NCBI GenBank assembly: GCA_964016885.1
Contig: CAXHJY010000171.1
Span: 1 to 33,326 of the forward strand
Direction: 5' to 3'
DNA length: 33,326 bases
Source: Eledone cirrhosa
Taxonomy: Eukaryota
Below are positions 1 through 10,614 of this stretch, one piece after another; position 1 is the first letter of the stretch, and each line of letters begins with the position of its first letter. Position numbers and translations under genes: made by a program. A model generated the notes under the pieces. That model worked only from the letters and a program-made list of their open reading frames with translations, searched no databases and was not told the origin of the DNA.

Positions 1-602
1 ATCAAAAATTCTTTTATCGCTTTTCAGCTAAGACGTAGCTAAAAGGTTTCCTTCTTTTATTACTTGACAGTATTGTATGAAACGCGAGTATGAAGTAATG
101 TTTATGCACTAGCAGTTAACAATTCTTAGTAGTTAAAACATCTGTATATATTCGCTAGAAACCATGCCGACGTAAAATATATAAAACAATATAATCGGTA
201 ATCTTACAGAGAGTTTCATTCGGTAACTGTTCTAACAGGATGTGTGATTGAATATTTTATCTTCGCTGCTGATATAAGTTTATTTCTATAAAACCACAGG
301 AGTAAATATATAAAGCGAAGTTCTCTAGCAGAATGCATCGAATAGAAATTATTGTTGAAATGATTCTGGAAACCTAGGATAAACCAAAAACTAAGGTTTA
401 TGCAAAAAATCAATTTCTTCTTACACGACGCACGCACACACACGCACACGCACACGATGGCTGGTAATGTACTAAGTTATACATTTAATCCTGTATATCA
501 TTTGTACATATATGTAATTATACCCTAGAAATACATTATAAAAATTAACATTTTAACCATTTTTAATTACTTCCATGTGTCGGTAACTAACATAAATTAT
601 AA

Positions 603-799
603 CAGACCTGTCAACTCTCTCCGTCTGACGGGGAGATCTCCCACCCACATTGGGGTGGATGAGATATGTCTTCTCTTGTGAAAATGAGTATTTTGCATAA
701 TGAAAATCTATACCCATTTTCACTTGAGATAACTTCTCTCACCCATCCTCAAAGTAGGTGGGAGATCTCCCCGTCGGACTGACAGAGTTGAGAGGTCTG
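603..799. mobile_element. Palindromic MITE (non-autonomous DNA transposon, CAGACCTG ends)
   Basis: Starts CAGACCTGTCAACTCTC..GGGAGATCTCCCACCCAC and ends GTAGGTGGGAGATCTCCCCGTCGGAC..GAGTTGAGAGGTCTG. Nearly the whole element is an imperfect inverted repeat. The left half is shared with 12193-12380. No TSD seen. Confidence 0.75.
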
Positions 800-1214
800 A
801 CTATGTTATTCTTTTCACAAAATATTACGGGATAATGATCAACCATTATAAATATTACTGCAAACAATATTCTCTCAAACGAAATACAATTAACTCGAGT
901 TTTATGGAAGATAAACCATTTCTGTATGTCTGGTGGCTGGAATAATACCGTTATCATATTAAACTTCATTACTGATTACATTTCTTGTTTTGAATGCTAA
1001 ACTAGCTTTCCGTTTGAAAATGTCGGATATATGACTGTTTACATTTGAATGTCCATTAGACTTTCTAGATTAAAAACTAATTTAAAAATTTTAAACAGTG
1101 ACTTCGCAAAATCATACATCCACAATATTTCACTTCAACTGATAACAGGTATATTTGAAACATTTTAATTATTTCCTTTTGTTTGTAGTTCAATATAAGT
1201 AGATTTATATCTAA

Positions 1215-1283
1215 AATAATTTCTACTTTTGGCACAAGACCAGCAATTATCTCAATGCATTACTGGTACTTTATTTTATCGAC
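1215..1283 (-). mobile_element. tRNA-derived SINE family A, 3' fragment
   Basis: Matches the 3' part of the neighbouring copies (TTTCTACTTTTGGCACAAG..CATTACTGGTACTTTATTTTATCGAC). Confidence 0.85.
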
Positions 1284-1309
1284 GTTAGTGAAGAGCATGA
1301 CTTCCACGG

Positions 1310-1415
1310 ACGTTGGTGCTGTTGTTGTTGTTGGTGTTGGTAGTGCTTCTGGTGCTGTTTTTGGTGCTGTATTTGCTCCAGCTACTATTGTTGTTGTCGT
1401 TGTTGGCGCTGTTGG
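1310..1415. repeat. Degenerate (GTT/GGT/GCT)n low-complexity tract
   Basis: Imperfect trinucleotide periodicity visible in the sequence. Confidence 0.7.
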
Positions 1416-1480
1416 TCTCCTTGAGTTTTAGTCGCTGGCATAATAGTTGTCGCTACTTCGGGTGTGGCATATAGTAAAAA

Positions 1481-2253
1481 TAATAATTGTTTCTACTTTA
1501 GGCACAAGGCCAGCAATTACCCAGTACATTACTGGTACTTTATTTTATCGACCCCGTAAGGATGAAAGGCAAAGTTAACCTCGGCGGGATTTGAACTCAG
1601 ACTGTAAAGGGACGTAACTATGCTAGAAAGCATGGCGTCCAACCCTCTACCGATCTGATTTAGTTACAAGGCCAACAATTTTGGGGCAAAGGGAAAGTCG
1701 ATTAAATCGACTCCAGTGCATTTCTGGTACTTTATTTTATCGACACTGTAAGGATGAAAGGCAAAGTTAACCTCGGCGGGATTTGAACTCAGACCATAAA
1801 GGGCCATAACTCTATGCTGCAAATCATGGCGTCCGACCCTCTACCGATACTGCCAATTTAAAATAATTGTTTCTACTTTTGGCACAAGGCCAGCAATTAT
1901 CCCAGTGTATTACTGGTACTTTATTTTAACGATCCTGTAAGGATGAAAGGCAAAGTTAACCTCGGCGGGATTTAAACTCAGATCATAAAGGGGTGTAACT
2001 CTATGCTAGAAAGCATGGCGTCCGACCCTCTACCGATACTGTCAATCCACCACTGTCAATTTAAAAGAATTGTTTCTACTTTTTGGCACAAGGCCAGCAA
2101 TTACCTAGCGCATTACTGGTACTTTATTTTATCGACCCCGTAAAGATGAAAGGCAAAGTTAACCTCGGCGGGATTTGTACTCAGAATGGCAAGGGCCGTA
2201 ACTCTATGCGTCAAAGCATGGCGTCCAACCCTCTACCGATACTGCCAATCCAC
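1481..2253 (-). mobile_element. Head-to-tail cluster of four SINE family A copies (about 1481-1654, 1661-1857, 1861-2053, 2065-2253)
   Basis: Four ~175-200 bp near-identical units. On the minus strand each has a B-box-like GAGTTCAAATCCC (with variants), a central GCCTTTCATCCTTACGGGGTCGATAAAATAAAGTACCAG resembling the Meta-SINE domain (from memory), and an AT-rich tail. The more complete copies also keep an A-box-like TGGCAGTATCGGTAG. Confidence 0.9.
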
Positions 2254-3159
2254 TTAAAATAATATCAATTAATCAAGCTCTCACAATGGGTGCAGCCAGT
2301 CATTGAGGTGCCACTCTACACGTTTCATTGCGTCCATCATAAAATTTCTTATTACTAGGATTTTTTTCAAGACGCTGACATGTATGTGTATGTACCTGAG
2401 CATACATTTATATATATGAATATATAAATATAAACGCACAAACACATATACACTTTTAAAAATACACACTCACACTTGTGATGTATCCGAATATTATGTT
2501 TAAAAAAAAAATTAGAACTGTTTCATATGTTGAAAATATTTGTCTTCGTGCGATATTAACTCTGATATAAAGATAAAGAGCATCTATTAATTTCAGGTTA
2601 TCCTTTATTATCTGTAGCCGTTGGCTACTATTTTATTGGCTACCATTTACTGAAATAAGTTACCATCATATACGCACTAATAATACGCAAATTGGTTGCC
2701 CCAGGAATCGAAGTATATAAAGTGATTGTTTCCCGGTCATACTAAATAAGCGTTAAATTAAATATTTTACTTGTAGATTGTAATCTTCAAATAAGAAGTA
2801 AAAATGTTTTGTTTTTTTATTTGAGGAGGGGGAAAAAATCAATGTTCTGCAACATCAAATGTTTTTTTAGACGATCTATGGAAGGTTGCGGAAAGCAACA
2901 TCAAATAAAAAATGGTAGGATACCTATATATCTTCATGGCTTCGTGTCAAAGTGACTGACTGAAATATCTCAGAATTGCGACACTGTTTAACAAACCCTG
3001 ATACATGTCACCGTTTTCAAGTGATAATTCAATGCAGTTCTCTATAAGAGTTAACTATATCTGCCATGTCAGGTTACATTACTATATTGGTTATTATATT
3101 GAATACTGAAATATCGAATATCGCTATTTATATTTTCTGTTACTAGGAGTAATTATAAT

Positions 3160-3206
3160 TGTTTCTACTTTTGGCACAAGGCCAGCAAATACCCAGTACA
3201 TTACTG
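3160..3206 (-). mobile_element. 47-bp 5'-truncated SINE family A with 14-bp TSD
   Basis: SINE 3' end flanked by the exact direct repeat GGAGTAATTATAAT at 3146-3159 and 3207-3220. Confidence 0.85.
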
Positions 3207-3762
3207 GGAGTAATTATAATGTAGTCAGGAGATAGTTACGCGAGAAACCTGATGATATACTTCAATACACATGACGTCGAATTAATGTCTTTAGCAGAAT
3301 TAGTTTCGATTTTAATTTCCTCAGAAATCAGTAATGAAGAATATTCAATCAACTATATATATATTTTTCTATTTCACACAAAAAAAAACCCCCTGTAAAC
3401 ACGTCACAAACAATTTTAAAATACTACTGTATAAAACTAAACACGTTTATTATCACAAACCCCATCTCGATGGAGGAAACCTCATAACAAACACAAAATT
3501 ATACATCCAGTACCATAATCCACATTAAAACAACTATCATCGGACTGGAAATATAAGCATTCAAAATATAAATCAACAATCTCAGGGAAGGTGAAAGTCG
3601 AACTTGAAAGCTTTGGGAAATAGAATTCATTACTGGTATAAAGTAAGGTTAACGAATGTTTCATAGCCCTGTTATGTCGACACAACATGGCCGAATGGTT
3701 GTGCCTTTTTCGTTTTGTGTTCTTCTCTTATTTGTTTAGAATAATGTTTTTGTTTAACAAAT

Positions 3763-3880
3763 CATCTTTCAACCTTACGGGGTCGATAAAATAAAGTACC
3801 AGTTACGCACTGTGATCGATTTAATCAACTTTCCCCTTCCTTTCAAATTACCAGCCTTATGCCAAATGTAAAAAATAATT
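3763..3880 (+). mobile_element. SINE family A, 5'-truncated
   Basis: CCTTACGGGGTCGATAAAATAAAGTACCAGT..GATCGATTTAATCAACTTTCCCC..GCCTTATGCCAAATGTAAAAA. Confidence 0.85.
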
Positions 3881-4505
3881 ACAGTTTGTTTACAACCAAA
3901 TTCTGGGGAATATAAATGCTAAGCCACGTATTTTAGATTTACTGTAACATTTGAATAGTTTCGATTATTCTTCAGAATTTGCACGTAAATAAATTGTATT
4001 CACCTGCTACTAATGTAACGTCGTGGTTTGTTAAACAAAAACATTATTCAGGGTATTGAAGCTAAAATAGTACAATTTTACTGGGTATCATAGTTTGCTT
4101 TCATTTTCAGATCCTGTTTGTTTAGTTTCCATATATTGATTTCTCTTACGGTGGCATATAATATTTTGTTATTCTTAGCTTCTAGAGGATTTCAGAAGCA
4201 TGTGAAAGTATCAGCAATGGCTCCCATTTGAATATAATAGTGATAGATGGAGAGAGCGAGAGAGACGGAGGCAGCGATTGAAAAAGGGTTAATTATACTT
4301 GACTAAACAATTTTATAATGGCACTCTGTGGTTTATATGTATAAGACAGCAATACTATCAATCAGAAAGCAGGGTTAATAATTATAGATGCCCTTATTTA
4401 CCATCACCAATATCTACAACCACCCACCACTAAATAAATAAATACTGGTTTATGGTATTAGCAGTTTTATAATGATGATAAATATCATTATTAGAATCGA
4501 GAAAG

Positions 4506-4720
4506 GGCGGTGGATTGGCAGAATCGGTAGAACGTCGGTTAACATGCTTCGTGGTCGAGAGTTACGGTCCTTTACGTTCTGAGTTCAAATCCCGCAGAGG
4601 TTAGCTTTGCCTTTCATCCTTACGGGTTCGATAAAATAAAGTACCAGTACCAAACTGGGGTCGATTTAATCGACTTTCCCCTCTCCTCAAAATTGTTAGC
4701 CTTGTTGCCGGATCAGAAAC
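4506..4720 (+). mobile_element. Full-length tRNA-derived SINE family A
   Basis: Starts GGCGGTGGATTGGCAGAATCGGTAG (A box), has GAGTTCAAATCCC (B box) and the central domain. TSD-like CATTA(T/A)TAGAATCGAGA at 4486-4502 and 4721-4737. Confidence 0.9.
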
Positions 4721-5256
4721 CATTAATAGAATCGAGAGAAAAGCATTTAAATGTTGCTGCTAAAACAATTAATAGACATACACCGTCGTTAAAATATTGT
4801 TATTAATGAAAACATTGATTATTTGACATTGATTGAACTGCACGTATTTATTGAGTTGATTGAATGAACCTCAGATAATGCTTCGTACATGTTTTATTGA
4901 TTCCAGAGGAATTTAAACTTGGAATTCAGTAAGAAGAAATTAAATATACTAAGTCATGTAAGAGGAGAATTATTTGCCAGGTACAGGTTAAGGTTTCGAG
5001 GTTTAAATGAAATAGAAGGAAGTTAATTGTATCATAATTTAATTGTATCGCTTCAAGTGTCAATTTTGAATGAGTTAGCGTGAAGCACAATTCAAGGTAG
5101 TAAATATACGGTAAACCAGGTAATTATATAAATGATCTAATAGAATTTACTATGTGTTGCGGAGGGAGCCGAGGAAACAAGCGGCGAATGTACATATCGC
5201 AGTATATATATATATATATGTGTAAATGACTTTTTGAGTTTAAAACTCTAAATTTA

Positions 5257-5262
<6 letters not shown>

Positions 5263-5304
<42 letters not shown>
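5263..5304. repeat. (TA)n microsatellite
   Basis: Perfect TA run. Confidence 0.95.
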
Positions 5305-5307
<3 letters not shown>

Positions 5308-5348
5308 AAATGAAAATCCGAAGGCAAGGTAAAATTCCAATCATTTAA

Positions 5349-5422
5349 TCACGACACATGTTTCAATAAGAGATAGATCGATTGTGAAGCCATGATCGAT
5401 TATCATTGATCTCATCAGGTGA
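5349..5422 (-). ncRNA. Type I hammerhead ribozyme motif (minimal stem III, extended stem II)
   Basis: Minus strand reads TCAC-CTGATGA-[47 nt containing an ATCGAT..ATCGAT hairpin]-GAAA-C-ATGT-G-TC-GTGA. Stem I is TCAC/GTGA, the cleavage triplet is GUC, and ATTAAA follows. Confidence 0.65.
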
Positions 5423-6269
5423 AAATGAATTGTCTTCAAATTCTTGATATGAGGGAGAAAAATAACGATGTTCTCTCACAGAATTCATTCCCTCATGTGA
5501 AGACACACCAGTCAGAGACACGGCGACTGCTATTAACTTCAGTTGAGGTCATAAAAGTTTTCAGATTTCTATCGCTGCAAAAGACGCTGGACATCAATCA
5601 AATCTGTAGGGATACAGTCAGTCACAGTTAATGTGAGTGGGTACACACACATTCCACACCCACATACACCTGCTCGAGGTCAAAGAAAAATATATACATA
5701 TATATATACACACATCAACACAGTATTAAACCTGTAGAGTTAATGTGGGTGGGTACACACATCGAAGCGATGTCCGAGAAAAAACAAACATAAGAAAACA
5801 AATATCAGAATGTACCAACACAGCACTCACCGAAAGTTAGTTCACAAAACAACAGAAGCTATATTGGTCAAATCTCAATTTGACGATGTAAATTGGAAAT
5901 ATTGGGTTAACCAACGCCCCATACACACACACGCACACACGCAAGTAAGTTCAGTTCAGTGTTTTTGGACGATACGTGTATAGCTTGAATTGTAACATCC
6001 ATTTTTCTTTGACCTCGAGCCAGTGTATGTGGGTGTGGAATGTGTGTGTACCCACTCACATTAACTGTGACTGACTGTATCCCTACAGATTTGATTGATG
6101 TCCAGCGTCTTTTGCAGCGATAGAAATCTGAAAACTTTTATGACCTCAACTGAAGTTAATAGCAGTCGCCGTGTCTCTGACTGGTGTGTCTTCATATGAG
6201 GGAATGAATTCTGTGAGAGAACATCGTTATTTTTCTCCCTCATATCAAGAATTTGAAGACAATTCATTT

Positions 6270-6343
6270 TCACCTGATGAGAGCAGTGATAATCGATCAT
6301 GGCTTCACAATCGATCTATCTCTTATTGAAACATGTATCGTGA
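6270..6343 (+). ncRNA. Type I hammerhead ribozyme motif, second copy (GUC changed to AUC)
   Basis: TCAC CTGATGA(6274-6280) .. GAAA(6328-6331) C ATGT A TC GTGA. The G>A change breaks the stem III C-G pair. Confidence 0.55.
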
Positions 6344-6529
6344 TTAAATGATTGGAATTTTACCTTGCCTTCGGATTTTCATTTTGATACTTATACTCCG
6401 TTTTATATCATCTAGCTGTTCCCTTGAATGGAATTGGAGATATACAAAAGCGTGGAGAACTTAATATTACTAACATAAAGTTATTGGACCATTTTACACA
6501 ACCAATAATGCACCTTACTATATAACAAC

Positions 6530-6556
6530 TATATATATATATATATATATATATAT
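6530..6556. repeat. (TA)n microsatellite
   Basis: Perfect TA run. Confidence 0.9.
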
Positions 6557-6771
6557 CACAGAAAAAAGAGAATCAGTGTTGCGACGAAAGGAATTTATTG
6601 GACATATTAAAATTGTTTCTCGGGCTACCGTGGTTGTTATTTTGTGTTTCTCCCCTAATGAACATATCGCATTTCTCCACTGTAAATTTGAAGCAACGCT
6701 TTTGTAAAGTGTCCACGTCTCAAATGTGGCAATATTCCTGAAATATATAAGAATTTCTTCTAATATTTAAC

Positions 6772-6965
6772 GAGTGGATTAGTAGCATCAGTAGAGCGTC
6801 GGACAACATGGTTTGTGGCAGAGGATTATGCCCCCCCTTTATGATCTGAGTTCAAATCCTGCCGAGGTTAGCTTGGCCTTTCATCCTTACGGGGTCGATA
6901 AAATAAAGTACCAGCCAAGTACCGGAGTCGATAAATCAACTTTATACTACCCTCAAATTACTGGC
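6772..6965 (+). mobile_element. SINE family A, diverged copy
   Basis: GTGGATTAGTAGCATCAGTAGAGCGTCGGAC..CTGAGTTCAAATCCTGCCGAGGTTAGCTTGGCCTTTCATCCTTACGGGGTCGATAAAATAAAGTACCAG. Confidence 0.85.
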
Positions 6966-8275
6966 GATAGCAGTTGCATAGGTTTTGAGCTCCCGAGTAA
7001 TTGGAATATCACAGCAGCAAGAAAACAGCGAATTGAAAAGATAAGAGGCCAAGAAAACATAATTTGATTTTCTTAGGTGGTATGTCCTTTGACTGAGAGC
7101 ATTAAAAGTGATCTTTACATTAGCTGCATAGCTTGTAGAAAATCAAAGAATAGTTGTATGGGGAGATAATATCATCGTTTAGTAGGGTGTGTGGGGCAGC
7201 TGATGTAGGACCTTCTCGATTAAGTATAGAAACCGATATCACAGATAATAGTGCTAAAAATAGGATCTCTCATATCGTGAGTGACGGCGACAGCTACTAC
7301 AATAGAAGCAACGATTGTAACAGTAACTAAACAACTTAAAGATAGAGCAGTAATTACAGTGATAATGTCAAGTAAAGTAGCAGTAGTAGTAGGAGCAATG
7401 ACAGTGATAAGAACATCAGCAACGCCATATTTAAAGCTCAGCATTAAGCAACTGAGAAAAAATAACAGAAAATAAACTAAAGCAAAGCATAAAACTTGCA
7501 AACATTTGTAAACAAAACAAGCAGGAATCTGCAATTCCAAAAATATTAACAGCATGGACATCTCTAGCAACGGCCACACAACATCTCTTGACACAGTAAC
7601 ACCTTCCAATAACGTACTCACGCTCCAGCTGCAAGGGAACTCACTTTTCAAAAAGCAGTTTCTAAATTCCGCACAAAATATAATATTTAAAAAAAAACGG
7701 AGTTGGCCACCTGCAGGTGGAGTGGCTATTCGAACACATCTCCCTCGCTGTCCTCCGGGACCCAAAGGCAGTGGGTAAGTTAGTTAATAGTGAAGGATAC
7801 TCGTTCAGACGTCACTTACACACATGTATTGAGTGCATTTAAGCAGAAGGTTAGCGATTTCGTCTCCAATTTCCGTTATCCACCTATACCAAAAATACTT
7901 AATGTCTCCTCAAATGTAACACAAAATCCTGGCAATCAAATTACTTTTTAGTTCACAAAACATATGTAGTATTCAACAAATTATTTAGTATCAGTAAATT
8001 CCCGAATGAAGTATCACAAAGATCTGACCCACTTTTCCTAACCTATACCTACATGACCTCCCCACATCCAATCAAAGTATACACACAGCCTTAAATGCAA
8101 ATACGGTAGAATCTCATATACACAATATAATAGGTTGACAATCTTCAAGCAACTGAGATTATCCAAAATGGTAGTAGAATGTCCCTCTATGTGTGATTAT
8201 AATATGAAAGCAACAAAAAGAGAGATAACTACAAAAAGATCAGCCGAACGAATTACTGAAGTTAGTCATATTATA

Positions 8276-8367
8276 GTTGGAGACGATTGCTTCTGACAGG
8301 ATCCGCTGGAAGGAGTGTCTGAGGACTCTGTCCCCCAAGACCTTCGCAGGAATAAGTTGGCGAAGAA
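8276..8367 (+). mobile_element. 3' terminal fragment of RTE (Rex3/Expander-like) LINE
   Basis: Reverse complement of the 3' ends at 11725-11812 and 20313-20406 (GTTGGAGACGATTGCTTC..GAGGACTCTG..CAGGAATAAG). Confidence 0.75.
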
Positions 8368-8958
8368 GTCATATTACTTGTTTTTAGATTTTAATCACAC
8401 ACAGAGTGAGCTTTTTTACTCTTCACTGCTTGGATAATTTTAGTTAACTGAAGTTTACCCATTGTATTCCCCCAGCCAATTATGTGCAGATGGCATAACA
8501 GTCGCAAAATCCCACTACCCTTAAACACTACTACATATGTTCTCCAAACGTACCAGAACCAACTAGAAACTTGGCTCTAAAACAGATTAACAGTAGCAAA
8601 TGCCAAATCCACTATCTCTTCTTATTAGCAACATCAGAGAACAACAGTTACAACGAACCGCCACACCCATCAGCATAAACCTACCACATACAAAAATAAA
8701 ATACAAGGAATTATACACCTGAACAACAACCACAGCACATATGGGAGAGATAGTAAATAATTCAAAATGGTACATAAACACACGTAGAACACTTATATGT
8801 ATCACATTTGGCCGATACCAACAAAACTATATTAGTATACAAACAGTACATTTGATGTAGCATGTCGTCTCAGTCGTCTTTAGGATCCTAATCTAATTAC
8901 AAAGATCACAAAACAGTGCAATTCGTATCATCAGAGGCGGAACATTGACCACCGTGAA

Positions 8959-9375
8959 GGCGCGTGGCTGAGTGGTAAGAGAATTGGATTCGCAATCATG
9001 AGGCTGTGAGTTCGATTCCTGGACCGGCTGATGTGTTATATCCTTGAGCAATGCACTTTATTTCACATTGCTCCTTCTGCCTGGATTGGCGACTGACAGA
9101 TAGTATTAGCAATTGGAAAGACCGATGGAAACATTGTTTCCTCTGTCTGATTTGACGAGCTCCCTACCACTCATTAAGCGAATGAGGTCTGGGATCAGGT
9201 TGTGAGTTCGATTCCTGGACCGGGCGATGCGTTATGTCCTTGAGCAAGACATTTTATTTCACGTTGCTCCTTCTACATTGAGTTGCGACCGATAGATATA
9301 GCATTAGCAATTGGAAAGACCAACGGAAACAATTGTTTCCTCGGTCCGATTTGACGAAAGTCGATCGACTGTCGA
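8959..9375 (+). mobile_element. tRNA-derived CORE-like SINE family B, partially duplicated (8959-9157 plus about 9193-9375)
   Basis: GGCGCGTGGCTGAGTGGTAAG (A box), GAGTTCGATTCC (B box) and CORE-like TCCTTGAGCAAGACA(C/T)TTTATTTCAC. Matches 29149-29367. Confidence 0.85.
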
Positions 9376-9454
9376 CATTGATTACCTGTACAACGAAAAC
9401 AAAACAAAACAAAACACACAGAAAGAAAGATTTTTTATATTAATATCAATTTCT

Positions 9455-9945
9455 CCATGACACCTTTCTGTTAAGAGTTGAAACTGAGTGCAGCAAAGTA
9501 AGGCTACACCTCAACACCGAATATACATAATACAAGCTCTGCAACGTAGCTGATCTTTCAAACGAGTGTTTGGCCCTCAAGTGTTTCAGATCATTCATGA
9601 TGTGAAAAATATCTGGATCTCCAAACATTTCCACACAACCCAAGATGAGGAGCTTCATAACAGGGTGTGATATTAGACTGTCACTCCTTCTATGGTCAGG
9701 TCAGTCGATGGCGGCTACTCTCAGATACTCTGGATGGAATTCAATGTGAGTTGGTTACAGCGAGTCATGTGGTAACAGACCACTGATAAGATGAACCAGA
9801 CACCCTTCTAAAACCTTGATCAAGACCTCGATTAAGGACAGACAGTGCGTCTACGAATATTGAACTTAGAACAATAATGATGGAATGGAATATGAGGCGT
9901 GTCTGTCATAATTCTCAACGCAAGAGCAAGTTTGTGGTTGATAAA
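9455..9945 (+). pseudogene. Degenerate, internally deleted RTE-clade LINE ORF2 3' region
   Basis: Manual translations give FLLRVETECSKVRLHLNTEYT (region after RT motif C), TVTPSMVRSVDGGYSQILWMEFNVSW and ELRTIMMEWN, all resembling RTE C-terminal motifs. Contains stops and frameshifts. Confidence 0.6.
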
Positions 9946-9997
9946 TGATGATGGTGATACTAATGATGGTAAAGAAGAGGATGGCAATGATAATAAT

Positions 9998-10177
9998 TGT
10001 TTCTACTTTAGGCACAAGGCCAGCAATTACCCAGTGCATTACTGGTACTTCATTTTATCGACCCCGTAAGGATGAAAGGCAAAGTCAACCTCGGCGGGAT
10101 TTGAACTCAGATCGTTAAGGGACGTAACTATGCTGGAAAGAATGGCGTCCGACCCTCTACCGATACTGCCAATCCAC
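9998..10177 (-). mobile_element. SINE family A (short subfamily) with 9-bp TSD
   Basis: Near identical to the 1481 copy. GATAATAAT at 9989-9997 and 10178-10186. Confidence 0.9.
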
Positions 10178-10442
10178 GATAATAATGATGAGGATGATCG
10201 TAAAGTCAGTTTTTGGAATAGTCTGCACATATCAAAAACAACAATCAAAACAGACAAACAAACACAAAACTCAAAACAACAGAACTAATATCCATTAGTT
10301 CCTACAGTGTCTTCTTTTAATTGTAATCAGGCCTTATAAAAAGAGTTTTCTAATGTATCTGATGATGATTATGTAGTTAGAAACAACTCTCATCGGTTTA
10401 TTCAGCAAAACTAAAATAATGCTTATTTAATCTAAAAATAAT

Positions 10443-10614
10443 TGTTTCTACTTTAGGCACAAGGCCAGCAATTATCCAGTGCATTACTGGTACTTTATTT
10501 TATCGACCCCGTAAGGATGAAAGGCAAAGTTAACCTCGGCGGGATTTGAACTCAGATCGTAAAGGGACGTAACTATGCTGGAAAGCATGGCGTCCGACCC
10601 TCTACCGATACTGC
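10443..10614 (-). mobile_element. SINE family A (short subfamily) with 11-bp TSD
   Basis: Near identical to other copies. CTAAAAATAAT at 10432-10442 and 10615-10625. Confidence 0.9.

Larger units (their letters stand above)
5303..6389. mobile_element. Long inverted repeat (389-bp arms, 309-bp spacer); probable Penelope-like pLTR with an inverted 5' copy
   Basis: 5303-5691 is the reverse complement of 6001-6389 with about 6 mismatches by eye. Mirror ORFs 5419+ and 6061- confirm it. It starts in (TA)n and each arm holds a hammerhead motif. Confidence 0.8.

Noticed and set aside
3245-3330. CTGATGA (plus) and CTGAGGA..CGAAA (minus) motifs
   Set aside because: The flanking stems do not pair.
5157-5203. 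Hammerhead-like TGCG-GAGGGA-GCCG..CGGC-GAATGTACAT-ATCGCA
   Set aside because: Stems are present but both core segments deviate (no CUGANGA, GAAU instead of GAAA); at best a dead relic.
5419-5631. Duplicated 70-79 aa ORF (also 6061-6300)
   Set aside because: A by-product of the inverted repeat, with no recognisable domain, and antisense to the hammerhead-bearing strand.
7220-7765. 181-aa hydrophobic minus-strand ORF
   Set aside because: The hydrophobicity comes from T-rich low-complexity sequence, the start is non-ATG, and no family is recognisable.
8959-9025. tRNA gene
   Set aside because: The tRNA-like A/B boxes are the head of a SINE that continues into a CORE-like body, and no proper acceptor stem is present.
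10355-10395. CTGATGA..GAAA spacing resembling a hammerhead
   Set aside because: No stem I or stem III pairing; expected by chance in AT-rich DNA.
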